64,000 nt of DNA, from NCBI GenBank assembly GCA_018000835.1, contig JAGNJD010000001.1:137889-201888 (forward strand), written 5' to 3'. The notes under the pieces were generated by a model that was not told where the DNA came from, did not search any database, and saw only the letters and a list, made by a program, of their open reading frames with translations. Below, piece after piece: positions 17,300-27,757 of the stretch; within the stretch, counting starts at the first letter, position 1; every line of letters begins with the position of its first letter. The DNA is from Candidatus Goldiibacteriota bacterium (GTDB lineage Bacteria > Oederibacteriota > PGYV01 > DSYL01). A program made the position numbers and the translations under genes.

Positions 17300-17917
17300 G
17301 ATGTACTCCTTATAAATTTTTATATTATTTATTATAACAGAAAAATCAATAGTATGATTATTATTTTTAAGCCTACAAATGACTATAAGATTATTTTTTC
17401 ATATAATTTAGTTTTAATAATAATTAAATGTTATCTAAAATTTTTATTATTATAACATATTAAAATAAAAATTTAAATATTTTTTTAAAAATTTTATGAT
17501 TGGGGCAAATTGCAGGTTTTATTGCACCACACCCAAAATTTCACATGTTTTTTGTAAGAAAACAACTTGTTATATTATTGGATGTTTTATAGTTTAATAT
17601 TACTCTGGGATAACTATTTATCCAATTTTGTATTGCCTATTGCCCTCACTGTCTTTCTCGTTATTTTCCCTATATCTGTTATAAACCTTCTTATCATCCG
17701 GTTCTGGTTCTCGTTCATTCCTTTTTCATATGTTTTTGCAGATTAAACGCCTTCAACAAGATAAATGGAAAAATCCTATGCCTATACTCAATGGCAAATA
17801 TACGATATGAATCAATTGTTCAATGTTAAATTCTTTGGTTCGGAAACACAACATTGTTGACAGGTGTCGACGACGACATAAATTAACGTTTTATTTTTCA
17901 TTAAATTCCATTTATTA

Positions 17918-20200
17918 TTATTTGGTAAGCAATTCAACCTCTACCCGCTTTCCTGCTTTTTGAATTGTTTCCCTGCTTACCCCTTCAATTAAATTGCCGT
18001 CACCATAACTGGTCAAATAAATATTTTCAGGATTTATTTTTCTTACAGTGGTCAAATAATCATAAACTGCCTTGACTCTTTTTATAGATAATTCAAGATT
18101 TTTTTCCGGTTCTTCAAAATCACTTGCATAACCTTTTAATATTAAAAAATAATTTTTTGCGTATTTTGATACTGCTTCTGCTGCTTGATTTAAATACGCA
18201 TATTCATCAACAGGTATTTCAAATGATTTTTCTTCAAAATCAATTGCAGCAAGAATTAATTGAATGCCTATACCTTCAAAATCCGGGGCTTTTGTCTGTA
18301 TTATATAATCAGTTTCTATTTCTATTCCGTTTATTTGTTCAATGTTTATTTTTATGAAATATAAACTTCCTTTTCTTACGTATTCATTTTTTTCATTTGT
18401 CCCATCCCAGGATACAATGTAATTTATTGAACTCAAATTTTTCAATGTCTTTATTAAATTTTTATTATCATCAAAAATAATAATGTCAAATTTTTTAATT
18501 TTATTGGCATCTTTTTTATTGGATAAAAAATTAACTTTTTCTTTTCCTACATTCAGCATTCTTTTATCCGGAGTCAGATTAAAATTCGAGACAAATGTAT
18601 CAATAGTGACGTTTTCAATTTGTTCAAATACGTTTCCGGCAAAATCATTAGCCGAAAGTTTAATTTGATAGTTACCGTCAGCCACTACGTTTCCAAGTGC
18701 ATCATCACCATTCCAATATGTTTTATCCGTAATTCCTTCTCCCGAAATTTTTCTGATTACGTTATTTTTATTGTTAAATATGCTTATATTCCACGTATTT
18801 ATGTCTTTGTCTTTAAAATCCATATTTATTTGTAATTTATTGAATTTACTATTTTTTACGGGTGCGAATATCTTTGGATAAATACTTAATTTAAATAACG
18901 GTGGCGTTGTATCGACGGTTATGACTCTTTTTTTCTCCCAGATTGTTTTCTCATTAACAAAAAAACTGTACTTTATAGTATAATCACCATCCTTAACATT
19001 TTTCCCGTCATTGTCTTTTCCGTCCCATATTATCTTTGGTTGGATTACTTCAATGCCTTTAATTTCTTTCACTACTTTTTCATCCTTATCAGTTATTATT
19101 ATTTCCCATTTGCATCCGGGTATTTTTAACGGGCTGTTTCGTAAAATTAATTCTGTAGTATCGTATATATCGTCGTTATTTGGTGAAATATATTTATATG
19201 AAAGGCTGAATTCCATACTTTTTAGCGTTTGATTTAACAATTCAATGTCGGTCGTTTTAATTTCCTGAATTATTTCTTTTTTATGTTCTTTCCTCGTTTC
19301 TTCTCCTATAAAATACGTAAAATCCAATTTATGGGTTTGTCCCTGATTGTTAAATCCTGGAATAAAAACATAATTCAATGTAAATTCTTTTCTTTTGTAT
19401 GAAAGACCAAATGAAAGATTAAAATTTTCCATATATAACAATCCGGTTCTAAATCCAACGTCACCAAATTTATTGTTTAAAAAATATTTTTCTCCGCCAA
19501 GAGAAAATCCTGTTCTAAAAATTTTATTTTCATAATCTACGTTCGTAATTACAAGGTCAAATGCAGCAATGCCTGTATTATCAAATAAAAAACTTGCACC
19601 GGCTTTATAACTTACGGGTATTTTTTCAATAATGCCATTTGTCCATTTAATTCTTGCGTCAAGATCCGTGGCAACTAATGAAAATCTCATTTTTTTATCA
19701 AGAAAATCCGGATAAAAGATAAAACCCGCGTCAAATGCAGTTGTAAAACCATTGAATTCATAGTTTGCCATTGTAAAATTTAGTAATTTTAAATTAATTC
19801 CAAACGACGTGTATCTTTGTTCATGTAAAAATGTGGCAAATGACAAGTATACGAAATCATTAATAAAATTTGAATCAGTATATAATGTTTTAAGATATGA
19901 AACAGAAACCGTCATATCTGAAAATAGCGGTTGTATGTAATTTATTCCATATAAATTTTGTTTTCCTGAAAAGGCACTATCAAAAAAAATACTTGCATTT
20001 ATCTGATTTATATTAACAAGACCTGCGGGATTCCAGAAAAAAGATGAATAATCATCTGCAACCGAAGTAAATGCGCCACCCATTCCGGATGCTCTTGCTC
20101 CAATCGATTTAAAAATGTCGTCTTTTATTTCATTTGATATCAAATTTCTTTCTATGATTAAAAAAATAAAAACAAGAATAATTTTATAAATTTTTTTCAT
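17918..20200 (-). CDS. Large outer-membrane protein with Ig/FlgD-like repeats and a C-terminal OmpA-like domain.
   Basis: Signal peptide present. The N-terminal half is rich in beta-strand-forming aromatic and alternating residues. Repeats of the W(D/N)GxDxxGNxVxDGxY type occur. The C-terminus has the OmpA-like pattern (ILKGYASD...ELSIKRVKAVYDYL). Confidence 0.55.
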   Translation of the reverse strand: MKKIYKIILVFIFLIIERNLISNEIKDDIFKSIGARASGMGGAFTSVADDYSSFFWNPAGLVNINQINASIFFDSAFSGKQNLYGINYIQPLFSDMTVSVSYLKTLYTDSNFINDFVYLSFATFLHEQRYTSFGINLKLLNFTMANYEFNGFTTAFDAGFIFYPDFLDKKMRFSLVATDLDARIKWTNGIIEKIPVSYKAGASFLFDNTGIAAFDLVITNVDYENKIFRTGFSLGGEKYFLNNKFGDVGFRTGLLYMENFNLSFGLSYKRKEFTLNYVFIPGFNNQGQTHKLDFTYFIGEETRKEHKKEIIQEIKTTDIELLNQTLKSMEFSLSYKYISPNNDDIYDTTELILRNSPLKIPGCKWEIIITDKDEKVVKEIKGIEVIQPKIIWDGKDNDGKNVKDGDYTIKYSFFVNEKTIWEKKRVITVDTTPPLFKLSIYPKIFAPVKNSKFNKLQINMDFKDKDINTWNISIFNNKNNVIRKISGEGITDKTYWNGDDALGNVVADGNYQIKLSANDFAGNVFEQIENVTIDTFVSNFNLTPDKRMLNVGKEKVNFLSNKKDANKIKKFDIIIFDDNKNLIKTLKNLSSINYIVSWDGTNEKNEYVRKGSLYFIKINIEQINGIEIETDYIIQTKAPDFEGIGIQLILAAIDFEEKSFEIPVDEYAYLNQAAEAVSKYAKNYFLILKGYASDFEEPEKNLELSIKRVKAVYDYLTTVRKINPENIYLTSYGDGNLIEGVSRETIQKAGKRVEVELLTK

Positions 20201-20264
20201 ATTGCCCTCGTTTAAAACCTTTTTTACATTTTAAAACAAACTTAAAATTATTTCAATTTTTTTG

Positions 20265-21365
20265 TTAAATATCTTTAACTTTTCCTTTATCAACAAGAAA
20301 ATATTTGTCAATCTTTATATTTTTTACGTTCTCTTTATTTGTGGTTGTTATTATTATCTGTTTAAAAATATTGAACATTTCACTTATAAAATATTTGTTT
20401 GCTTCATCCAGTTCAGAAGTAAAGTCATCAAGTAATACAATAGGATATACATTTATTTTTTCTTTAATATAAATACCCTCTGCGAGTTTCAATATTATAC
20501 ACGATAATCTTTGTTGTCCTTCTGATCCAAAATATTTTAAAGATTTATTATTTAATAAAATCTCAATATCATCCCTATGAGGACCAATTAATGTTGATGT
20601 TCTATAAACTTCTTCATTAAAATATTTTTCAAAAAATGCTTCAAAATATCTATTTATTTCTATTTGTTCAATATTATCAAAGTTTTTTTGTTTATATTTT
20701 AATTTAATTACTATGTTTTTCTTAGTAAAATTATTATTTATTATTTCATTAATCCTTTCTATTGCATTTATTCTTTTATTAATTATTATTTCAGAATAAT
20801 TCTTTAATTGTAGGTTCCATATATCTATATCTTTTTTATTTGATCTATGTTCTTTTATTGATTTTAGTACATAATTTCTTTGGCAAACTATTTTATTATA
20901 TTTAGTTATTAGCATATAATATTCTTTATCAGTACTAATTAATATATTATCTATAAATTTTCTTCTTAGCAATGGTTCTCCGCTGATCATATAAATATGT
21001 TCTGGAGAAAAAAGGACTAATGGTATTTTTCCTATTAAATCAGATAATTTTCTTATATGTTTATTATTTTCAGTAATAATCCTTCTATTTGTTACATTAT
21101 TATATTCAATTTTAAAATTTTTGTTTATACCGTTTGTGTATTCCTGAACAACTTCTATCCTAAAATAATTGTTATTTTCATTTACTAAATATTTATCATT
21201 ACTACACCTAAATGATTTTCCTGTTGAGATATAGTAAATTGCTTCAATAATATTTGTTTTGCCAGAACTATTTTCCCCATGAAATAGATTAGTATCTTTA
21301 TTTAAGTCAATTGATAAATAATTATAGTTCCTAAAATTTTCTAATTTTATCTTTGAAATATACAA
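20265..21365 (-). CDS. recF: DNA replication and repair protein RecF.
   Basis: MYISKIKLENFRNY...FHGENSSGKTNIIEAIYY (Walker A). Also carries the ABC signature SEGQQR and Walker B LLDDFTSELD. Confidence 0.85.
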   Translation of the reverse strand: MYISKIKLENFRNYNYLSIDLNKDTNLFHGENSSGKTNIIEAIYYISTGKSFRCSNDKYLVNENNNYFRIEVVQEYTNGINKNFKIEYNNVTNRRIITENNKHIRKLSDLIGKIPLVLFSPEHIYMISGEPLLRRKFIDNILISTDKEYYMLITKYNKIVCQRNYVLKSIKEHRSNKKDIDIWNLQLKNYSEIIINKRINAIERINEIINNNFTKKNIVIKLKYKQKNFDNIEQIEINRYFEAFFEKYFNEEVYRTSTLIGPHRDDIEILLNNKSLKYFGSEGQQRLSCIILKLAEGIYIKEKINVYPIVLLDDFTSELDEANKYFISEMFNIFKQIIITTTNKENVKNIKIDKYFLVDKGKVKDI

Positions 21366-21465
21366 ACCTATCTCCTTTTATTTGTTCCACGTAGAACAAT
21401 CATTATTAGTATTTCACAATTTGTTCTATGTAGAACATTTTACTTTTCCACAATTATAATAAAAC

Positions 21466-22176
21466 TCACGAATGTGTTTTTCCTAATTTTTTATAGTTTC
21501 TTGGGTATTCATCCGGTGTTTTCCACATCTTTCTAACATAAAAAATGTAAAATAAAATATCATTTATTCTGTAATCAAAGATATTATAATCATTGCAACC
21601 AAATATTTTTATATTATTAAAATTTCTTTTTATCATTTTTAATGTGTTTTTTGACGCAAAATAAAAAATATATCCATCTATCTTTGTAAATGGAAAGGAT
21701 ACTTCCATTGCAATCTCAAAATTTGCAAGTGCTCTGGTTATTACACAATCAAATTTTTCTCTATATTCTGAATTATGAGCTAAGTTCTCACATCTATTAT
21801 TAATAACAGATATATTATCTAATTTTAAGTTATTTTTAATAATATTTAAAAAAAATGACTTTTTTTCATTTGATTCAATTAGTAATACTTTCTTTTTAGA
21901 AATTATTGCCAGTGGTATTCCAGGGAAACCAGCACCAGAACCAATATCCAATATTGTTTCGCATTGTGAAATTGTGTCTATTTTTAATAAATGTAATGAA
22001 TCAATAATATGTCTTTCAATTAATTTATCAACATTTATATCAGATGTTAATTTAAGTAATGAATTATATTTAAGTATTAACGTTATGTAATCGGATATTT
22101 GATTAACTTTTTTTTTATCAATATTTTTAAAATCATATTTATTTAGCATTGAAATTATTCTTTCACATATATTCAT
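21466..22176 (-). CDS. rsmG: 16S rRNA (guanine527-N7)-methyltransferase RsmG (GidB).
   Basis: LLKLTSDINVDKLIERHIIDSLHLL and ILDIGSGAGFPGIPLAI are characteristic GidB motifs; 236 aa. Confidence 0.85.
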   Translation of the reverse strand: MNICERIISMLNKYDFKNIDKKKVNQISDYITLILKYNSLLKLTSDINVDKLIERHIIDSLHLLKIDTISQCETILDIGSGAGFPGIPLAIISKKKVLLIESNEKKSFFLNIIKNNLKLDNISVINNRCENLAHNSEYREKFDCVITRALANFEIAMEVSFPFTKIDGYIFYFASKNTLKMIKRNFNNIKIFGCNDYNIFDYRINDILFYIFYVRKMWKTPDEYPRNYKKLGKTHS

Positions 22177-22250
22177 ATTTACATTATTACAGGAAATTTA
22201 TTATAAAACAATAATAATTTTATATATCAAACAATTTTATTTTATAATAG

Positions 22251-22439
22251 TGGGCCCCCCTCGGGCTAAAGCCAGAGGCTCCCCACAAAAAATTCAATCA
22301 ATTTGTTCCGTAGAAATTTTCTTTACTGGATTTGTTGATTGACCAGGGGACGAGGAATACCGGTTATATTCCCCAGCGAATTTGGAACTATCCTGGCAAA
22401 GTAGATAAAATATTTTTAATGTGTGTGTTCATAAAATAT
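22251..22439 (+). repeat. Intergenic repeat family A, copy 2 (~189 bp); candidate small RNA gene.
   Basis: Near-identical to 12823-13008. A TATAAT -10 hexamer at 22243-22248 sits ~7 nt upstream of the conserved block. A CCCCAAA...TTTGGGG hairpin plus TTTTCT at 22459-22484 sits just downstream. Confidence 0.5.
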
Positions 22440-22458
22440 TTCACTGAGATATTTTATT

Positions 22459-22484
22459 CCCCAAACTGAAATTTGGGGTTTTCT
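22459..22484 (+). terminator. Hairpin CCCCAAACTGAAATTTGGGG followed by TTTTCT; putative intrinsic terminator for a + strand transcript from repeat A copy 2.
   Basis: 7-bp perfect stem, 6-nt loop, U-rich tail. Confidence 0.45.
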
Positions 22485-22490
22485 GAATGA

Positions 22491-22605
22491 TGTTACAATA
22501 AGTAAAAAGAAATATGAGAAAGATATGCATTACTTTGAGGTATGGAAATAACGGAAAATAAAGGGTGTTTGCGACAGCCATACAAAACAGGTAAATAAAA
22601 ACTTG
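22491..22605. repeat. Intergenic repeat family B, copy 1 (~115 bp).
   Basis: Shares the blocks CAATAAGT...GATATGCATTAC...GGAAATAA..GGTGTTTGCG...GCCA.ACA...CAGGTAAA..AAAACTTG with 53945-54058. Confidence 0.45.
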
Positions 22606-22802
22606 TCTTTATTTTGCTTTCAACTGCCATCCGGCACAAGCCATTTGCTGTTTGTTATCAAATCTTTTTATTAAAATAATCTGGTTGTAATGTTTTTCAT
22701 AGGTTTTTAAATGTTATTATAATAAAATATTAAAATTATATTATATTTAAATTTTTGTATATAAAAGATTTTCTTAATTGATTTATTTTAAATGGTAAAT
22801 TA

Positions 22803-24455
22803 TTACCATGAAGTTACTTTTGATTTTTTAGGACCTTTTTTAATCAGTTTTTCAAAAATATTTTTGGGTTTTGGTGTAGGTGATGGAGTTGGTTCCGGCG
22901 TTGGAGTATCTATTGCTTCTGTTTCCGGTGTATTTAAATCATTAATTATTTTGTTTTCTTCTGCTTTTATTAATTTAATTAATATTTCCGCGCGTCTGTT
23001 TGTATACATGTTTTCCGGTGTATCGTTTGGCATAAGAGGTTGCTTGTCAGCATAACCTTCAATTGAAACTCTTTGTTCATTAATACCACTTTTTATTAAA
23101 TATTTACGAACTTCATTTGCTCTATCCAATGATAATTCATAATTAGATGGATATTTTATTGTATGAATTGGTACATTATCGGTATGTCCTTTTATGACAA
23201 TAGGGGATTCATATTTTTTTAAAATTATCAACATTTCATCTAAAATTGGATAAAATTCCTGTTTTATGCTTGCAGCACCAGAGTCAAAATGAATTACAGG
23301 ATAAAATAGTAAATTATCGCCTTGTTTGACTAATTTTACCGATAACTCATTCACGTCATACCGGGAAGGAATTGTTGAAATAACAGGTTCTTGAATTTCT
23401 TCTGTTATTTCCTGAGTTTCAAATATTAAAGGTTCTTCTATTTTTTCCGTTTTTACTTCTTTATTCAATATTATTGGAGTAATTTGTGGTTCAGCCAGAA
23501 TTCTGTAAAGCCAGCTTGGTGAATAACCGCCATCACTTGTAACTTTATTTTTACCTGAACCATCTGCATTCATAATCCATATTTCCGGTTGATATTTATC
23601 AAGAACAAAGTTTGTATATACTATTTTATCATTGCTATGTGAAAACTTTGGGGAGAAACTTTTACCATCATAAGTAATCTGGTCTATTTTCTTACTATCT
23701 AAATTCATAATTAAAATATCAATGTTTTCACCATAATTTAATGCAAATGTTATTTTTTTACCATCATTTGAAAAATCAGGTGAGATTACTTTTTTATCTT
23801 TGTAATTAGTTAATTTTTCTTCATTTGCCATATTTATGTCTTTAATGTATAAATTATATGCATCCATTGATTCAATTTTAACATATACGATTTTATTATC
23901 TTTTGATAAAGATGGTGAAATACAATTATTTGAAAATGTCAATGATTCCTGATTAAAACCATCCTTTGTTATCCTCCATATGTTTTTGTTTCTTGAATAA
24001 ATTATATATGATTCATCGTAACTCCATGCAGGAGTATTGTTTATTTTGAAATTCTGTATGTCGCCTTCAATTTTATCTTCGTCAAAAGTTAATTGTATTG
24101 ATTTATTATTATGTAAATCAGCCAACCATAAATTATAATATTCGTTTTTCTGCACCCAATAAGTTATATACCACCCGGATGGCGATACAGAAGGAAACCA
24201 TTTTGAATTATTATCCTGAAATAATAATTCCTTTCCACTTCCATCTGTATTAATCCAGTAAAGATTTCCATTATAGGTATAAACTATTTTTTCCATGCTT
24301 GGAACAGGAGTATTTGTAGGGGTAGGGGTAGGAGGTGGTGTTTCCTTTTTATTTTTACAATTAGTCAGACTAATCAACGACAAACATAACAAAAAAATAA
24401 TAACTATGGTATGAAATGATTTGTCTTTATTATTCATTATTATTTCTGCTTTCAT
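22803..24455 (-). CDS. Lipoprotein with TolB-like beta-propeller (PD40 repeats) fused to a C-terminal OmpA/Pal-like peptidoglycan-binding domain.
   Basis: Signal peptide with lipobox (LISLTNC), then Pro/Thr-rich linkers. Has repeated ...DG..I.F.S.R.GN..I..... motifs. The C-terminus reads NEVRKYLIKSGINEQRVSIEGYADKQP...NRRAEILI (OmpA_C-like). Confidence 0.6.
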   Translation of the reverse strand: MKAEIIMNNKDKSFHTIVIIFLLCLSLISLTNCKNKKETPPPTPTPTNTPVPSMEKIVYTYNGNLYWINTDGSGKELLFQDNNSKWFPSVSPSGWYITYWVQKNEYYNLWLADLHNNKSIQLTFDEDKIEGDIQNFKINNTPAWSYDESYIIYSRNKNIWRITKDGFNQESLTFSNNCISPSLSKDNKIVYVKIESMDAYNLYIKDINMANEEKLTNYKDKKVISPDFSNDGKKITFALNYGENIDILIMNLDSKKIDQITYDGKSFSPKFSHSNDKIVYTNFVLDKYQPEIWIMNADGSGKNKVTSDGGYSPSWLYRILAEPQITPIILNKEVKTEKIEEPLIFETQEITEEIQEPVISTIPSRYDVNELSVKLVKQGDNLLFYPVIHFDSGAASIKQEFYPILDEMLIILKKYESPIVIKGHTDNVPIHTIKYPSNYELSLDRANEVRKYLIKSGINEQRVSIEGYADKQPLMPNDTPENMYTNRRAEILIKLIKAEENKIINDLNTPETEAIDTPTPEPTPSPTPKPKNIFEKLIKKGPKKSKVTSW

Positions 24456-25479
24456 TTAATTCATTAATATTTGTAATTTCTGCTATGATTGGATAATATG
24501 CATTAAAATAATATGTTAAACGATGCTTTTTTAAATTATTTATATTAATAACAAAAATATCGTTATTTTCAACGAATAACAATGTCTGACTATCTAACCA
24601 GAAAGGGAATTCACCGAAATTTTTTGTTATTTGTTTTATGTTTTTACCGTTTTCATTCATTATATAAATGTTATAATCATTGTAAATATATGCAATTAGA
24701 TTGTTTTCTGCCCTATTATTGTCAAATTTTGACCATGTAATTTCATTATTTAAATTATTAATGTTTAAAATTATTTGATAGTTTGTGCCGTCATAATTAA
24801 TTCTGGATATACCTCTGTTTTCCAGAAAAACTATTTTATTATTAAGTCCCCAGTCAAAAACAGGATTAAAAATATTACTTTCGGTTAACTGAATTAAACC
24901 AGACGTATCATAATTCATTGTCCATAAACTGTTATGAAATTTTGTTTTTTCCCTTGAAAACAGCCATTTTTTTCCATCGGGTGACAGCTTAAAAGATGTT
25001 ACGTCATTAGTTTTTGTTATATATGACTGCGAATTGCCGTTTTTGTCAATTTTGCAAATATTGTTATTTCTTAAAAAGTATATTTCTTCAGCATCAGAAT
25101 TCCATGAAATCTGCCCTCTGTTTTTCAGATCAATTTTATTAATGTTCTCTTTATCAAAAGTAATCTGGGTTTGTTGAGAACCATTGGTATTCATTATAAA
25201 TAAATTTACATAATTACTTCTGTCAGAATAGAAAGTTACTTTATTTCCATCCGGTGAAACAGCAGGACACCAATTATTGCCTTTATTTGTCAAAATCTTT
25301 TTATTTTCACCATTTATATCCATCATTCCAATCTGATACAAACCATTTTTATCTTCCAAAATAAAATATATCTTTTTATAAGTTTCTTTTACCGTCTTTT
25401 CCGGTTCCTGGGAATAAATTAAAGAAAAATTAAACATTAAAATTAATAATGTAAGAATTTTAAGTGATGTTTTTTTCAT
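24430..25479 (-). CDS. TolB-like periplasmic beta-propeller protein.
   Basis: Signal peptide, then PD40-type repeats (SPDGNKVTFYSDRS, LSPDGKKWLFSRE...). Confidence 0.55.
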   Translation of the reverse strand: MKKTSLKILTLLILMFNFSLIYSQEPEKTVKETYKKIYFILEDKNGLYQIGMMDINGENKKILTNKGNNWCPAVSPDGNKVTFYSDRSNYVNLFIMNTNGSQQTQITFDKENINKIDLKNRGQISWNSDAEEIYFLRNNNICKIDKNGNSQSYITKTNDVTSFKLSPDGKKWLFSREKTKFHNSLWTMNYDTSGLIQLTESNIFNPVFDWGLNNKIVFLENRGISRINYDGTNYQIILNINNLNNEITWSKFDNNRAENNLIAYIYNDYNIYIMNENGKNIKQITKNFGEFPFWLDSQTLLFVENNDIFVININNLKKHRLTYYFNAYYPIIAEITNINELNESRNNNE

Positions 25480-25575
25480 CTAAACCTCAATTATCTATTT
25501 TTTATATATTATATAGTTTTAGGTATGGTGTCAAGGATTTTTTGGTATAATATATAATAAAATTGCCAAATTTAA

Positions 25576-26613
25576 TTATTTAATCAGCATAACGTCACCA
25601 TACGAATAAAATTTGTAACGTTTTTTTATTGCTTCATCATAACATCTTTTTATGTTTTGAATGCCGCCAAATGCACAAACAAGAATATATAGTGAACTTT
25701 TCGGTAAATGAAAATTAGTAATTAAATAATCTGAAACACTGAATTTAAAACCAGGATATATGTATAAAGATGTAGATTCCATGGTTGACGAAACCATACC
25801 ATTTTTATTGGCACTTTCAATGGCACGTAAAGAAGTTGTTCCGCATGCAATTATTTTATTATTTGCTTTCTTTGCTTTATTTATTATTTTACCAGTAACT
25901 GGTGGTATGTAGTATTGTTCAGTATGTATTTTATAATTTCTTATATCAACCGTGTCAACAGGATTAAAAGTTCCTAAACCGATGTGTAACGTTATTTCAG
26001 TTATTTTAATGCCATTATTTTGTAATTTTTCCAATAATTCTTTCGTGAAATGTAAACCAGCGGTTGGAGCAGCCTTTGAACCCGGAATTTTTGCATAAAT
26101 TGTCTGATATCTTAACCTGTGAATCGGATCCAGATTATTTTTTTTTATATAGGGTGGGATTGGCATTACCCCAATTTTCCATAAAATATTAATTAAATCG
26201 TTATATGATAAGTTAAACTCAACAATTACTTCTTTCCCGATTTTCCCGATTATTTTTAAATTTACATCATTATTTATTATTATCACGTCATTTTCTTTTA
26301 CCCGGCGCGAATTTTTTACCAATACATTCCATCTTTTTTCATCAATATTTTTAAGCAATAAAATTTCAATTTTTGCATTTGTATCTGCTTTTTTACCAAA
26401 AATTCTTGCAGGGATTACCTGAGTATTGTTTAAAACCAGAACATCATCTTTATTAAAATATTTATAAACATTATAAAAAAAATCATGGGATATTTTACCG
26501 GAACTTCTGTCAAATACGAGAAGTCGTGAATTATCTCTTTTTTTTATTGGTTCCAGTGCAATTAATTCTTTTGGTAAATAATAATCATAATTTTCAATGT
26601 CATAAATATTCAT
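25576..26613 (-). CDS. queA: S-adenosylmethionine:tRNA ribosyltransferase-isomerase.
   Basis: MNIYDIENYDYYLPKELIALEPIKKRDNSRLLVF...VIPARIFGKK matches the QueA N-terminus, and ...TAGLHFT...CGTTSLRAIESA... are conserved QueA blocks. Confidence 0.85.
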   Translation of the reverse strand: MNIYDIENYDYYLPKELIALEPIKKRDNSRLLVFDRSSGKISHDFFYNVYKYFNKDDVLVLNNTQVIPARIFGKKADTNAKIEILLLKNIDEKRWNVLVKNSRRVKENDVIIINNDVNLKIIGKIGKEVIVEFNLSYNDLINILWKIGVMPIPPYIKKNNLDPIHRLRYQTIYAKIPGSKAAPTAGLHFTKELLEKLQNNGIKITEITLHIGLGTFNPVDTVDIRNYKIHTEQYYIPPVTGKIINKAKKANNKIIACGTTSLRAIESANKNGMVSSTMESTSLYIYPGFKFSVSDYLITNFHLPKSSLYILVCAFGGIQNIKRCYDEAIKKRYKFYSYGDVMLIK

Positions 26614-26930
26614 TTAAATCTGCCTTTTTGTTAAATTATATATAAAATAATCGTTTACTGCAAATTAAAATTATGATTATATTATAAACGGGCATAATGA
26701 AAATCAAAAAGTATTACCATTGGAAAATCCGGAATAATTATACCGGAACAAAAAGTATTTTTTAAAAACGGGAAAATAAAGAAGGAAATAATAAGAAAAA
26801 TTTACAAAAAATACATTAAATTTTAATTGACATATTTTTTTATTTTGATAATATTATATGTGCATAGAAAATATTATGCAATTTGTAGATTTTGTTCTAC
26901 AAGTAATTTTTTTCAGGAGGTAGTAGATTT

Positions 26931-27134
26931 ATGGCAACAGGAAAGGTGAAATGGTTCAATGAAAAGAAAGGTTATGGTTTCATTGAACAAGAAGGCGGTA
27001 AGGATGTTTTCGTTCATTACGAGGCTATTCAGATGGACGGTTTCAAGACGTTAAAAGAAGGCGAAACGGTTACATTTGACATAGTTGATGGAGCAAAAGG
27101 TCCTCAGGCATCAAATGTCCAGCGGCCGAAATAA
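26931..27134 (+). CDS. cspA: Cold-shock protein (CspA family).
   Basis: [30 protein letters not shown] carries the RNP1/RNP2 motifs; 67 aa; long 5' UTR after a TTGACA promoter near 26827. Confidence 0.9.
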   Translation: MATGKVKWFNEKKGYGFIEQEGGKDVFVHYEAIQMDGFKTLKEGETVTFDIVDGAKGPQASNVQRPK

Positions 27135-27156
27135 ATAGCCGTTAAATAATAACAAA

Positions 27157-27191
27157 CCCGATAAGAAGAAATTCTTATCGGGTTTTTTTTT
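27157..27191 (+). terminator. Textbook intrinsic terminator downstream of cspA.
   Basis: Perfect 11-bp stem CCCGATAAGAA/TTCTTATCGGG, GAAA tetraloop, then T9. Confidence 0.8.
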
Positions 27192-27345
27192 ATTAATAAA
27201 TTAAGCAATTTTAAAATTACACTCCAAAATTATCTCATAAATATTTATCATAATTTAACCATAAACATAAAGTCATTTGACTTTAAATATTCTTAATGAT
27301 ATATTATTTTAAAGAAAAGTAACGATACGTAATGGAGGTATAAAG

Positions 27346-27753
27346 ATGAGTTTTAAAAAAATTGCTTTTGTTTTAGTTTTGCTCATTTTTATTGCCCTTT
27401 ACGTAGTAGGTAAATCTGATAAAATAGCCACAAAATTACAGGAATTTGCAGATAAAAATTATATTGAAAAAAATATACCAAGGCATGAAAAAATATCATT
27501 TTTTAACATAGAATATTGCTATTGGACGGCAAAATACGAATTTGGTCTTACACTAATTGAAAAATATATGGAAAGATATAATCTGGAAGAAAACAGGGAA
27601 AAAGCACAATACATGAAGGCAAAATACTACGATGCAAATCTAAATCATAGACAGGCAAGTGAAGAATATAAAAAATTTTTTGAGGAATTTCCTTTTTCAA
27701 AAAAAGCAGAAAAAGCAAAACAAAGGTATATGGAAATAAAATCATATTTATAA
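27346..27753 (+). CDS. Small membrane-anchored hypothetical protein.
   Basis: N-terminal TM segment (IAFVLVLLIFIALYVV), then a helical, Lys/Glu/Tyr-rich region; RBS GGAGG upstream. Confidence 0.4.
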   Translation: MSFKKIAFVLVLLIFIALYVVGKSDKIATKLQEFADKNYIEKNIPRHEKISFFNIEYCYWTAKYEFGLTLIEKYMERYNLEENREKAQYMKAKYYDANLNHRQASEEYKKFFEEFPFSKKAEKAKQRYMEIKSYL

Positions 27754-27757
27754 AGAG

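Noticed and set aside
17300-17460. CIRCE/HrcA operator (TTAGCACTC-N9-GAGTGCTAA) upstream of grpE-dnaJ.
   Set aside because: Not present in the sequence.
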